Origin: a virus
Strand: one strand, 5' to 3'
DNA length: 64,000 bases
Virus record (IMG/VR): IMGVR_UViG_3300035204_002103
Span: 7,843-71,842 of that record
Shown: in pieces, positions 38,561 to 47,423 of the stretch
How positions within the stretch are numbered: position 1 is the stretch's first letter
Layout of the letters: each line of letters begins with the position of its first letter
Position numbers and translations under genes: made by a program
Notes under the pieces: generated by a model
Seen by the model: only the letters and a program-made list of their open reading frames with translations
What the model was told of the DNA's origin: nothing
Databases searched by the model: none

Positions 38561-38724
38561 GGGTGTGACTGAATAAACTGCTGTCGCGGCAGTTAAGGTA
38601 CAGGGCTTGTAGGCAGGAGATCACCGTCTCTGGGGGCTTACAAGGGCTGGTTCAAAGTAGGGTTTCTCACGAAACTCAAGCTGTGACCCCGAAACGATGG
38701 AGGTAAATGAGATTCCTCCCACCC
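38561..38724 (+). ncRNA. Candidate structured RNA (possibly manA-motif-like)
   Basis: GGGTG/CACCC closing stem; internal AACTGC/GCAGTT, CTTGTAGGC/GCTTACAAG, GGGTTTC/GAAACTC and GGAGG/CCTCC stems; begins GTGTGACTGAATAA. Confidence 0.6.
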
Positions 38725-38816
38725 ATTAATTTTGAAACTGAGCGGATAGCGATAGGTGATTAATATAGATTCTTCATAGATAGCCTTACGCCGTGACCCT
38801 CTCTTTTTCAACCTAA

Positions 38817-38860
38817 GGGCGGTGTAGCTTCTTAACGGATTAACTGCACCGTCTTTTTTT
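38817..38860 (+). terminator. Intrinsic terminator
   Basis: GGCGGTGTAG...CTGCACCGTC-TTTTTTT. Confidence 0.7.
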
Positions 38861-38902
38861 CTTGAAAAAATAAAAAAAATTCATATACTTTCTTTAAGAC
38901 TA

Positions 38903-39625
38903 ATGAAAGCATTATCTCGCATGACGCATCTTCCTTCTGAGAAATCGAAAAATCCACCTAAACTTAATATAGTTACACCGTGTTCTCGTCCAGAAAACTT
39001 ACCTCGCATAGCTCGCTCTATAATTCGCGGTTTCGTAAATCATGGCTGGCATGGAGAAATGGGTGGCACTTTAGGGGTTCTCGCAGTTAGGTGGTGGGTT
39101 GTTTTTGATATGAACAGCCTTAGTTTAAATAAAGTAAATCAAGGATGTTTATCTATTTCAGATGGTAGATTTTCGGCGTTGAATCCAACGTTTCTTTTTA
39201 ACGATAAGAAGGGGGAAGCGGGGCATCAGCACCGTAATATGGTATTAGAAATACTAGAGGAACGTAATGAATCTGGATGGTATTATAATGTTGATGACGA
39301 CAATATCCTTCACGAAAAATTTTGGGAAGTAGGAGTTGAGCTAAAACGTAATTCAACAGCTATAGCCGTAAATCAAGTTTTAAGGAATGGTGAACCAAGG
39401 TTTAGTCCAGTTGTCCATGTTCCTTTGGAAGCTAAACCGGAAAATATGAAGCTTTGTTTCGTAGATACTGCTCAGGTTATTTTCAATTTAGAAAAAATAA
39501 AAGGCAGAAAGTTTGACTCATCTCGTTATGACGCAGACGGGCTTTTTATTGAGGGCTTATTTAATGACGACGATGATTTTGTTTTTATCGACAAAGACCT
39601 GTCTTATTACAACTACTTATCATGA
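38903..39625 (+). CDS. GT-A fold glycosyltransferase
   Basis: IVTPCSR, RN, VDDDN, VDTAQ, ADG.F, YYN. Confidence 0.8.
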   Translation: MKALSRMTHLPSEKSKNPPKLNIVTPCSRPENLPRIARSIIRGFVNHGWHGEMGGTLGVLAVRWWVVFDMNSLSLNKVNQGCLSISDGRFSALNPTFLFNDKKGEAGHQHRNMVLEILEERNESGWYYNVDDDNILHEKFWEVGVELKRNSTAIAVNQVLRNGEPRFSPVVHVPLEAKPENMKLCFVDTAQVIFNLEKIKGRKFDSSRYDADGLFIEGLFNDDDDFVFIDKDLSYYNYLS

Positions 39626-39927
39626 ATGAGGACTACATAGTAACTTGTGGAAGTTGGAACGAAAGAGTGACCGTTGATAGAAGCATATTTGAAAGTCACG
39701 AGGAAGCCTGTTTCGAAGCAGCAACAAGGTGCCTTGAAAAACACTTCTTAACGAGTGATTATCTCCAAGATAAGAAACAAGGAATAACGAAAGACCTTAC
39801 AAGATGTTTAGTTCGTCCAGCGGATTCTTTAGACAATAACAAAGATGACTACATAGTCTTTCCTCCAAAAATTTATGAAAATATAGGGGTAGGCGTAGTA
39901 AAAAAATATTTCAAACAAATAATGTAA
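39622..39927 (+). CDS. Hypothetical protein
   Basis: ORF in run. Confidence 0.55.
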   Translation: MNEDYIVTCGSWNERVTVDRSIFESHEEACFEAATRCLEKHFLTSDYLQDKKQGITKDLTRCLVRPADSLDNNKDDYIVFPPKIYENIGVGVVKKYFKQIM

Positions 39928-39932
39928 TTTTT

Positions 39933-40136
39933 ATGAAACTAGAACTAATAAGGCAATTGCCTCACGATGATGATACGTTAGAGCTTCTTTTTGAAGTAGA
40001 CCAAGAGTTATTTGAGGTTTATAGATCGGAAACAGGTGATGACGAATTTGACCAAGATTCATTTAACGAATGGATTAATGATTTAATAAAATATGCCGTG
40101 GAAGGAGAAAATTTAATAGATTACGATGAAGGATGA
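39933..40136 (+). CDS. Hypothetical acidic protein
   Basis: ORF in run. Confidence 0.55.
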   Translation: MKLELIRQLPHDDDTLELLFEVDQELFEVYRSETGDDEFDQDSFNEWINDLIKYAVEGENLIDYDEG

Positions 40137-40295
40137 ATTCAAAAAAATAATCGAAGAAACGCTGGCGGAAAAGAATTTTTCTCAAGCGAACATAGGCTCA
40201 CAAGCTTGTCGTGAGATTTTAGCAGAAGAAATAGAGAAGAATATAAAAGCTAAATTTCATATTTTTAGGATAAACAGGCTAATAACGGGAGACTA

Positions 40296-40526
40296 ATGAA
40301 TCAACGAGAGAGAGACTTAAGGAAGGCTGCCGAAGAATGTAGCGAGTTGGCGACAGTTCTTATTCAGCAACTTAATAAACCCCATAAAGACCTTAATAAT
40401 CACATTATTGAAGAAATAGGGGACGTTTTGTTTAGGCTTGAAAACTTAAGAAAACATTTTGATTTCCAAGCTGTATCGGATAGAATAGAACTAAAGAGGC
40501 AAAAGTATAATGAAAGGAGTAAATAA
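40296..40526 (+). CDS. MazG-like NTP pyrophosphohydrolase
   Basis: EECSEL...EEIGDV. Confidence 0.7.
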   Translation: MNQRERDLRKAAEECSELATVLIQQLNKPHKDLNNHIIEEIGDVLFRLENLRKHFDFQAVSDRIELKRQKYNERSK

Positions 40527-40848
40527 ATATTTATTAATATTAGCTGCTTGTGGATTACTATTTACAGCTTGTAGGGTTTTAGAGGCTACTTGGGAAATTC
40601 CAAAAGCGATTGTCGGTGTTCCTGTCGCTGTGGGTGAAAGCTTGGGAATCGTAGATAAAAAAGAGGAACCTCAACAAAAAGTAGTTGACGGGAAAGTCGT
40701 CAAAGTAAATTCTGACGGAGAAGTTATACCTTCTTCACAAACAAACAAAAATCGTAAATTAAATATAGGCTATTTAGTCTGGTGGCTTGCCGTTTTTACT
40801 GTAATAGCTTTAGGAATTAGACACTTTATAAGGAAACGTGATGAATAG
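40510..40848 (+). CDS. Lipoprotein with C-terminal TM
   Basis: LLFTAC lipobox-like signal. Confidence 0.55.
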   Translation: MKGVNKYLLILAACGLLFTACRVLEATWEIPKAIVGVPVAVGESLGIVDKKEEPQQKVVDGKVVKVNSDGEVIPSSQTNKNRKLNIGYLVWWLAVFTVIALGIRHFIRKRDE

Positions 40849-41341
40849 AAGAGACTTCATAAAAACCACGGGTGCAATAACCGCAGCGGGGTCATTCACT
40901 TCTTTGGGAGAAGAAGAGTCAACGTTAACAGGATCGACTCCCCCTCCTCAATTATTACGTTGGGATTACGTGGTCTATTGTTATGAGCGTGAACAGGGAG
41001 AGTGGGTATTTAGCAAAAACATCAGAGGGTCTTTCGCTCCCGAAAGGGAGTACATGACGTTTGAGGAAGACTGCCCTCAGAACGGTTATCTTGGTTTCAT
41101 GTACGATGGAATTTTACATTTTCAAACCTTTGATGATGCTACTGATTTCGTTGATATGCACGTTAGGACTAAAGATGACGCTAACATTATAGATTCCATT
41201 TACGATGTCTATCGTCAGTCTGATGATGGTGGAGCAGAAATACAAGTCGCTCATTATTGGTTTAATGGAGACACGGGCAGCCAAATCCAATGGGAAGACC
41301 CGTCTCATAAAACCGATTGGAACAAGGTAGAGAATGGCTGA
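40841..41341 (+). CDS. Protein with twin-arginine (Tat) signal
   Basis: MNRRDFIKTTGAITAA. Confidence 0.65.
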   Translation: MNRRDFIKTTGAITAAGSFTSLGEEESTLTGSTPPPQLLRWDYVVYCYEREQGEWVFSKNIRGSFAPEREYMTFEEDCPQNGYLGFMYDGILHFQTFDDATDFVDMHVRTKDDANIIDSIYDVYRQSDDGGAEIQVAHYWFNGDTGSQIQWEDPSHKTDWNKVENG

Positions 41342-41461
41342 AGACCATAGTTTTTGGAAGAGAGCGTGGTATTTAATTTTGGTTGGCGCTATGGGTGCGG
41401 CTTACTTTGTTCATGCCGTAGCGGTAGGCGTTTGGGAATTAATAAAAAAACCCTTCGTTAA

Positions 41462-42055
41462 ATGACTCCTTACGAACATAAGGTTTTCGAACGGTCTGAA
41501 AAGGACAGGGTTCAAGCTATGGCGGAATCATGGACTCCAAAAGGGGACAAAAAACTCAGTACCTTTCTAAAAGAAATGGAGCCATTTAAGTTACATCAAG
41601 AAGATGTGCCATTGATAATTAAAGTTGTCGAAAATCCAAAGTATTTTACGTCGAAATTGTTTACTGGTGCTGTTGATTTATTTACGCACGACTGCATCCA
41701 CGCATTACTTGGGAGAGGTTTGTTGCCTAAAGATGAGGCTTTCGTAATTGGGTACACGATGGGCAGTGGCAAGCAAATGGCTCGCTGGAGAAGAAACTTG
41801 TTTATGTTTTGCGCAAAGCACCTGTATCCGAAGGGGTATAGTTTTGGAGAAGAAGAAAGATTCATCTTTAATTTAGGGATCGTAGCTGGTTCGAAATGTG
41901 ATGTAGATCTGTCAACCGTAGATTTCCATAAACTACTTAATTTAAGGATTTCCGAAATAAGAAGAGACTTACAAATAAGTTATGAAATAATTAAACATTG
42001 TTATGGGTTAGAAAAGAAGTGTTTTAGCAGCACGGAAAGCAAAAGGCTTTTATGA
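41462..42055 (+). CDS. Coq4-like metal-binding protein
   Basis: HDCIH-x11-E motif. Confidence 0.55.
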   Translation: MTPYEHKVFERSEKDRVQAMAESWTPKGDKKLSTFLKEMEPFKLHQEDVPLIIKVVENPKYFTSKLFTGAVDLFTHDCIHALLGRGLLPKDEAFVIGYTMGSGKQMARWRRNLFMFCAKHLYPKGYSFGEEERFIFNLGIVAGSKCDVDLSTVDFHKLLNLRISEIRRDLQISYEIIKHCYGLEKKCFSSTESKRLL

Positions 42056-42282
42056 ATAAGTATTTTAAAACTCATATTCTTGGATGGGTAGGAGCCGTAC
42101 TTGTACTTATTGGTTATTTTCTTAATGCTAATATGAACCCAAGCTCTTGGCTTGTTTGGATTTTGGGGAACACCCTAATTGGAATTTATTGTTTAAATAA
42201 GCAGGCATACCCTACCGCAGTTATGTCTTTTGCTCTAGTAATAATCAACGTTTATGGTTACATTAGATGGCTTGACTTTTAG
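42052..42282 (+). CDS. Small PnuC/SWEET-like 3-TM protein
   Basis: GWVG...W.VW..GN...NVYGY.RW. Confidence 0.6.
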   Translation: MNKYFKTHILGWVGAVLVLIGYFLNANMNPSSWLVWILGNTLIGIYCLNKQAYPTAVMSFALVIINVYGYIRWLDF

Positions 42283-42466
42283 GAAAAACTCTTTATCATA
42301 TTAAGATGGGAAGCGGAGACAAATATGAAAACACACCAAAATGGGTAAAAAAAGCTGAATTTAAACTAGACAGATACAATCATTTAATGGAGTTTATGAG
42401 GACTTTTTTAGCTTTCTGTACCTTAACATTACAGGTGGTTATTTTGTTAAAATTATTTAATATCAT

Positions 42467-42955
42467 ATGAAGAACATGACAACATTCTTGAAGTGGTTTT
42501 TGTTTAACGCGGTGGTGGTTACTACCGTAATACTTGCCGAAACTCAGGGAGCGATAACAACAATGATTAAGAACGATGTTTCTTATTTAACTATTGTGAT
42601 AATGCTTTTGTACGTTATTGTCTCTGGTTTAGTAGGGAAATTATGTTATTTAGCAGACAAGACTTCAAACAGTATAGGAGGTATTGACGACAGAGCCAAG
42701 CTACTTAAGCGTTCGGATATAGGCTGGTTTGCTGCGGAACACTTTTTTTCCCTTGGACTGTTAGGGACAGTTTTCGGGTTATGCTTGGCTACGTCAACGA
42801 ATCTTACGGAGGAGGCTCAGGTTGCTGAAATAGTGTCAGGCCTAAAGACGGGGTTAAACACAGCTTTTTACACAACTATATGCGGTATTGTTTTTAGCTT
42901 GCCATTACAAGTGCAACTCATGATTTTGAAATTTAAGTTAGAAGATGACAATTAG
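42467..42955 (+). CDS. MotA/TolQ/ExbB proton channel family protein
   Basis: LGLLGTVFG...GL.TAFYTTI.G. Confidence 0.85.
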   Translation: MKNMTTFLKWFLFNAVVVTTVILAETQGAITTMIKNDVSYLTIVIMLLYVIVSGLVGKLCYLADKTSNSIGGIDDRAKLLKRSDIGWFAAEHFFSLGLLGTVFGLCLATSTNLTEEAQVAEIVSGLKTGLNTAFYTTICGIVFSLPLQVQLMILKFKLEDDN

Positions 42956-43544
42956 AAGATTTTTTTCGTTTAGACCATTTATTGACACGTTGTTTTGCTG
43001 CTTGTTAATGTTGGTGGCTATTCTCTTTTTGCTTAAGACAGAAGAAGAGAAGACAAAGATGCGTCCCCCTAACGTGTTGTATGAAGTTGTATTAACGTGG
43101 GACGGTAACAGTGAAGATGATTTAGATCTTTACGTACAAGCTGCGTCAGGACATACGGTAAGTTTTAATAATAGAGAAGGCGGGCAAGGTAGTCTGATTA
43201 GTCTTGATCATGACGCTTTAGGAAGGAGGCGAAATAATAGTCTTGAAGAAGGGGTCGAGGGTACGGTGGTAAATTTTAATGAGGAAGTAGTTTCTTTTAG
43301 GGGAGTGACCGAGGGAGAAAACATTGTTACCGTACACGTATACGCAAAGAGAGACGAGTTACCCACGAAAGGTACAATTAAATTAATTAAAATAAAACCC
43401 TTTAAAGAAATAGTTGTAAAAGAGAGAATGTTCGAAACCACCGGAGACGAGAAGATTGCCTTTCGCTTCAAAACAGATAAAGAAGGCAGGGTATTAGAAG
43501 TGAACGAATTATCAGCAAGCCTACTAAATCCTTTAGGAGAATAA
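42945..43544 (+). CDS. MotB/ExbD-like TM protein with DUF2135/YfaP-like periplasmic domain
   Basis: PFIDTLF single TM with conserved Asp; LTWD...DLDLYV...LDHD...NEE...VHVY. Confidence 0.7.
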   Translation: MTIRRFFSFRPFIDTLFCCLLMLVAILFLLKTEEEKTKMRPPNVLYEVVLTWDGNSEDDLDLYVQAASGHTVSFNNREGGQGSLISLDHDALGRRRNNSLEEGVEGTVVNFNEEVVSFRGVTEGENIVTVHVYAKRDELPTKGTIKLIKIKPFKEIVVKERMFETTGDEKIAFRFKTDKEGRVLEVNELSASLLNPLGE

Positions 43545-43736
43545 ATATATGTGGGAAGAAAAAATACTGAAAGAAATAGTTATCATTAAGTGGTGCGCGC
43601 TTTATATGACTGCGTGTTCTTGGGGTGTAGCAGTTTATTTTTTATTTAAAGAAATACCAAAGTGGTGGCATAGTTTTGATAAAAAGAAAAATAATTTAGA
43701 TAAGCTGTCGAAAGGTACTTACGAAGGGGGTCACTA

Positions 43737-44234
43737 TTGATTTATTTACTATATGGACAACCAGCCTCGGGTAAAACCACTCTAGGTAAAATGTTGGCAG
43801 ATCATCTCGATACCCCGTTTATCATTGATGGTGATGAGTTCAGGGGAATGTTCAAGAACAAAAACTATGGCTTTGGTGGCCGCAAAAAGAACATTAGAGC
43901 AGCAAATGCGGTGGCGACTTATCTAAATCAAAAAGGAAGAGACGGAGACTGGAAAGCAATTTATGTTGATGCGGTAAGCGGCTGGAAAAGCCACCCAGTA
44001 AATAAGGAAACCCATATAGTAATGACCCTAGTTAATCCTTACAAGCAGTTTAGAGACGAACTTAAAGAGGATAATAAAGGTGACGTAATTGAGGTTTTGC
44101 TAAAGTCAAATAGAGATTTGAGAAAAGAGTATCACGTAGAAGGCTTTGAATCTGGAGAACCAGACCACACGTTGTATACAGATGCTAACGAGCAAGAAAG
44201 CTGGAAAAAACTAATCGCCTTGCTTGATGGATAA
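43737..44234 (+). CDS. Adenylylsulfate kinase-like P-loop kinase
   Basis: YGQPASGKTT, IDGDEFR, GR..NI, NPY..FR, FE..EP. Confidence 0.75.
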   Translation: MIYLLYGQPASGKTTLGKMLADHLDTPFIIDGDEFRGMFKNKNYGFGGRKKNIRAANAVATYLNQKGRDGDWKAIYVDAVSGWKSHPVNKETHIVMTLVNPYKQFRDELKEDNKGDVIEVLLKSNRDLRKEYHVEGFESGEPDHTLYTDANEQESWKKLIALLDG

Positions 44235-44264
44235 ATATTATAAATAATAAAAGAAATTAAAGAT

Positions 44265-44573
44265 ATGGTAAGAAAATTAAGTTTAATGTTTGCAGTTTTG
44301 TATTTAACTGGCTGTTGCTGTCTTATGTGTGAACCGACAGTATACTATAGCCCCAGTGGTAAGCCTTATCCTACTCAGTGGGGCAGTCCTCCGGAAATAC
44401 AGACAAAGGATTATCGTCCGTTACCCCATCCCTATGGGCATGGCAGTAGCACGCTAAATAGCTGGATAATTGAAAATATGAAAAAAGATTTTCAACACAG
44501 GTGGAATAATTTACCAAGCGCAGGAACAAATATTGAGAGACATAAAGGACACGCCAGTTCTTGTGGCGTCTGA
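44265..44573 (+). CDS. Lipoprotein
   Basis: LTGC lipobox; WG.PP.IQT.DY..LP..YG.GSSTL..WI. Confidence 0.55.
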   Translation: MVRKLSLMFAVLYLTGCCCLMCEPTVYYSPSGKPYPTQWGSPPEIQTKDYRPLPHPYGHGSSTLNSWIIENMKKDFQHRWNNLPSAGTNIERHKGHASSCGV

Positions 44574-44603
44574 AATAGAATTTAAAGACCATGAAATAGA
44601 ATT

Positions 44604-44879
44604 ATGAAGAAGTATAAAGAAGTACCCCTTAACGACGACGACCTTGAAGAAATCATGGCTAGTGATTTTCCGAGGGTTTATATACATGATGTTAAAGATA
44701 ACCCAGATGAGACTTGCTCGATAACCTTTGATACAAATAAAGCATTTGACGATTTATACAAAAAAGAAAAAAATCGTAAGCGAATTAGTAAAAAAGGAGT
44801 AGGAGAGTTTTTCATAGAGCTACTTAAAAAGGGCTTGGATAAAGAAGATGGGCATGATTTAAGGACTTTAAAGAAATGA
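44604..44879 (+). CDS. Hypothetical protein
   Basis: ORF in run. Confidence 0.55.
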   Translation: MKKYKEVPLNDDDLEEIMASDFPRVYIHDVKDNPDETCSITFDTNKAFDDLYKKEKNRKRISKKGVGEFFIELLKKGLDKEDGHDLRTLKK

Positions 44880-45265
44880 ATATATCATTACCAATATTAT
44901 TATTACTGCTTGTCAGTTTCGTTCAAGCGGATGACAGCATCAAAAAAGGCAAAGAGCTTTTTATTAGCAAGAGTTGCTCTTTGTGCCACCAGACAGAAGA
45001 GAGTGTACCATGCCCAGCGGGTGACGCATTAAAGTCTCCCAAATTTATGGGTGATTTTTGGGGAAAGAAAAGAGAGGTCCACATTGGCATAGGCGGACCC
45101 ATTAAAGAGGTTGTTTTAGATGAAGAGTATTTTTTAGAGTCAATAGAAAAACCTTTTGCTAAAATTGTTAAAGGAACGCTACCGGGAATGGCTCCATTAC
45201 CGACAACAAATGATGAGAGAAAGGCAATAATGGCTTATGTAAAATCTTTAAGTAAACGCAAATAA
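44876..45265 (+). CDS. Monoheme cytochrome c
   Basis: Signal peptide, G..LF...CSLCH, DEEY..ESI..P.AKIVKG, distal Met in GMAP. Confidence 0.88.
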   Translation: MNISLPILLLLLVSFVQADDSIKKGKELFISKSCSLCHQTEESVPCPAGDALKSPKFMGDFWGKKREVHIGIGGPIKEVVLDEEYFLESIEKPFAKIVKGTLPGMAPLPTTNDERKAIMAYVKSLSKRK

Positions 45266-45281
45266 AGGAGTATAATATATT

Positions 45282-45878
45282 ATGAGATTAGATCATATAG
45301 CATACAGAGTAAAAGATAGGGAAAAGACTACTAAATTTTTAGAAGGCTGTCTTGGATACAAATACGCAGGAACGTGGGATATAGAGTTCGGAGACGGCTC
45401 AACCACTAAATTTAATATGCTTGCCCCTCCCGAGGTTCGTGCCTCCGAAGCGGGAAAGTGGACTCATCATGTACTTATGCACGACCCCTCTATCCTTGAC
45501 GGGCGAGTGGTTGATGAGAATTCAAGCTTCAGAGCAGAGTTCCACGCTCCACCAGAAATCGCGGTAAGCGACGGACCAATCGGTTCTATTGTTGGCGATT
45601 GGGTAGCGGAGACAAACGGCGGTAGAGGCGGGGTGCATCACATTGCCTACGAAGTAGATGACGTAGCGGCAACGATGAAGTGCTGGAAATGTAAATTTGA
45701 TATAGAATTTTATTCTGATGAGCCTATAGCATGCGAAGAAGACGATCTTGTACAAGTTTTTTCCAAACCCTCAGAGCTAACAGGGGTGATTTATGAGCTC
45801 ATTAAAAGAGGCTCGACGAATAAAGGCTTTTGTATTAAAAGTGTTAAAGCGCTTATGGAAAGCACGAGAAAAGAATGA
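45282..45878 (+). CDS. Second HPPD-C-terminal-like VOC protein (paralog of 5076-5642)
   Basis: MRLDHIAYR, HAPPEI.VSDGP.GSIVGDWV, GVHHIAY, DLVQVF.KPSELTGVIYELIKRG shared. Confidence 0.8.
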   Translation: MRLDHIAYRVKDREKTTKFLEGCLGYKYAGTWDIEFGDGSTTKFNMLAPPEVRASEAGKWTHHVLMHDPSILDGRVVDENSSFRAEFHAPPEIAVSDGPIGSIVGDWVAETNGGRGGVHHIAYEVDDVAATMKCWKCKFDIEFYSDEPIACEEDDLVQVFSKPSELTGVIYELIKRGSTNKGFCIKSVKALMESTRKE

Positions 45879-46453
45879 ATATAGCATTACCAATTTTATT
45901 ATTAGTGTTTGGAGGGCTGACCTTTTGGGTACTCACAGAATCTTCCCTTAAATGGTACATTAAGACAGCTTGCATCTCTACTTTTTGCTTGTTTACTATT
46001 GTTTTTTGGTCTTCTATCCATTCTTTTTTGGGTTGGGCTGCGTTAGAAGATGATATACCAGAAAAGGTATTAATACATTGGGTTATCATAAAGGAGCCAA
46101 ATAAATTTACTAAATTTAATGGTAGAATCTATGTTTTAGCCGAGAGCGTTGGAGGGGCTGATTCTAGCTTTCTTGCAAGATTTTTTGGTTATCGTAAAGA
46201 GGAAATTGAACCCCGTTTATACGGACTTAAATATAGCCGTGGCTTACATGAAGAATTAGAAAAAGGAGTCATGCCTAGACTTAAAAGAGGTCAGCCAGTA
46301 GCAGGGAAACTCTCCAAAGATAAAGCGAGAGAAGGAATTAAAGGAAAAGGTAAGTTGACCAAGGGTAAAGGAGGGGGAAGTGAATCTCAAGAGCAAGAAT
46401 GGCAATTTCACGAATTACTACCCTCAGAAATACACAAGAAACCAGAAAGATAA
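45875..46453 (+). CDS. 2-TM membrane protein, probable partner of the MotA-like module
   Basis: Two N-terminal TMs, LGW, EP, IYVL, EPRLY.L.YS..LHE. Confidence 0.6.
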   Translation: MNIALPILLLVFGGLTFWVLTESSLKWYIKTACISTFCLFTIVFWSSIHSFLGWAALEDDIPEKVLIHWVIIKEPNKFTKFNGRIYVLAESVGGADSSFLARFFGYRKEEIEPRLYGLKYSRGLHEELEKGVMPRLKRGQPVAGKLSKDKAREGIKGKGKLTKGKGGGSESQEQEWQFHELLPSEIHKKPER

Positions 46454-46551
46454 CTTATGGCAAACAAAGAAAAAAGAAAAAAAGAGAAAAAGAAACCCGC
46501 AAAACTATCTCCATCAGAAAAAAAGAAGAGAAAAAAAGAAAGGAAAAATAA

Positions 46552-46809
46552 ATGAGTACACAAAATAAACCCCTTCTATTAGAAGCATTAAAAGCCCGAT
46601 ACCAAGCTCAAAAAGCCGAAGCAGTGGCTACGATTGAAGTCTATATGAATAACGCGGCAGGAATAGGAGAACATCCACAAGTCGTAGAAGAAATGGCTAA
46701 ACAGGTTGAAGCGTTGGCTAACGCGGAAGACTGCTTACAGGCTCTTAATAAATATGACTATGCTGCCATTAAGGAGCCTGCCATGGGAGGGTATGGACGG
46801 AAAGGATAA
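46552..46809 (+). CDS. Conserved phage-type hypothetical protein
   Basis: A.IEVY..N..GIGEHP motif familiar from T4-like phage small ORFs. Confidence 0.65.
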   Translation: MSTQNKPLLLEALKARYQAQKAEAVATIEVYMNNAAGIGEHPQVVEEMAKQVEALANAEDCLQALNKYDYAAIKEPAMGGYGRKG

Positions 46810-47172
46810 ATGTATGATTATAAAGCCAAGTTAATTAGAGTTATTGACGGAGACACTATCGACGCAATGATAGATCTCGGTTTTGATACTTGGATAAAAA
46901 GAAGGGTAAGATTGGCTGGTATAGACGCTTACGAAGTAAGAACAAGGAATAAAGAAGAAAAAAAGAAAGGACTTTTAGCCAAAAGCAGACTGCAACAAGT
47001 TTTAGCTGAAGGCGATGAGTTTAGACTAAGATCATATGGCGTTGGAAAGTACGGTAGATGTTTAGCTGATATTTATATTGTAAAAAGATACATAAAGAGC
47101 GATAGATATCATGGTAAATCAGTTAATCAAATGCTAGTAAAAGAGGGTCACGCTAAAGAAATAAAAAAATGA
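46810..47172 (+). CDS. Thermonuclease (SNase) family protein
   Basis: VIDGDTID, RVRLAGIDA.E, GKYGRCLA, N..LV.EG.A. Confidence 0.9.
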   Translation: MYDYKAKLIRVIDGDTIDAMIDLGFDTWIKRRVRLAGIDAYEVRTRNKEEKKKGLLAKSRLQQVLAEGDEFRLRSYGVGKYGRCLADIYIVKRYIKSDRYHGKSVNQMLVKEGHAKEIKK

Positions 47173-47408
47173 AAGCTATAGACGAATACTTAAACTTCTT
47201 ATGGCAACAGTTCCAATACGATTGGTTTTGGATGTCTAATCCTTGGATGTTGTATACGGTTATACCCGTTGTTTTATATTTTTTCTTTTTTCTTTGTAAG
47301 TGGACAGTCCTTCTGGCCCCCATAACAGTACCAATTATGGTATACAGATGGCCTACCCCCTCTAAAGAGACAAATAAAATAAAAGAAAATAATTACATTA
47401 ACAATTAA
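47169..47408 (+). CDS. Small membrane protein
   Basis: Hydrophobic, aromatic-rich ORF. Confidence 0.55.
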   Translation: MKAIDEYLNFLWQQFQYDWFWMSNPWMLYTVIPVVLYFFFFLCKWTVLLAPITVPIMVYRWPTPSKETNKIKENNYINN

Positions 47409-47423
47409 AAAATAAAAAGCGAA

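Noticed and set aside
42467-43544. Zorya defence system or flagellar stator
   Set aside because: The MotA-like protein has no long ZorA tail, its partner has no OmpA domain, and no zorC-E or flagellar genes are present.
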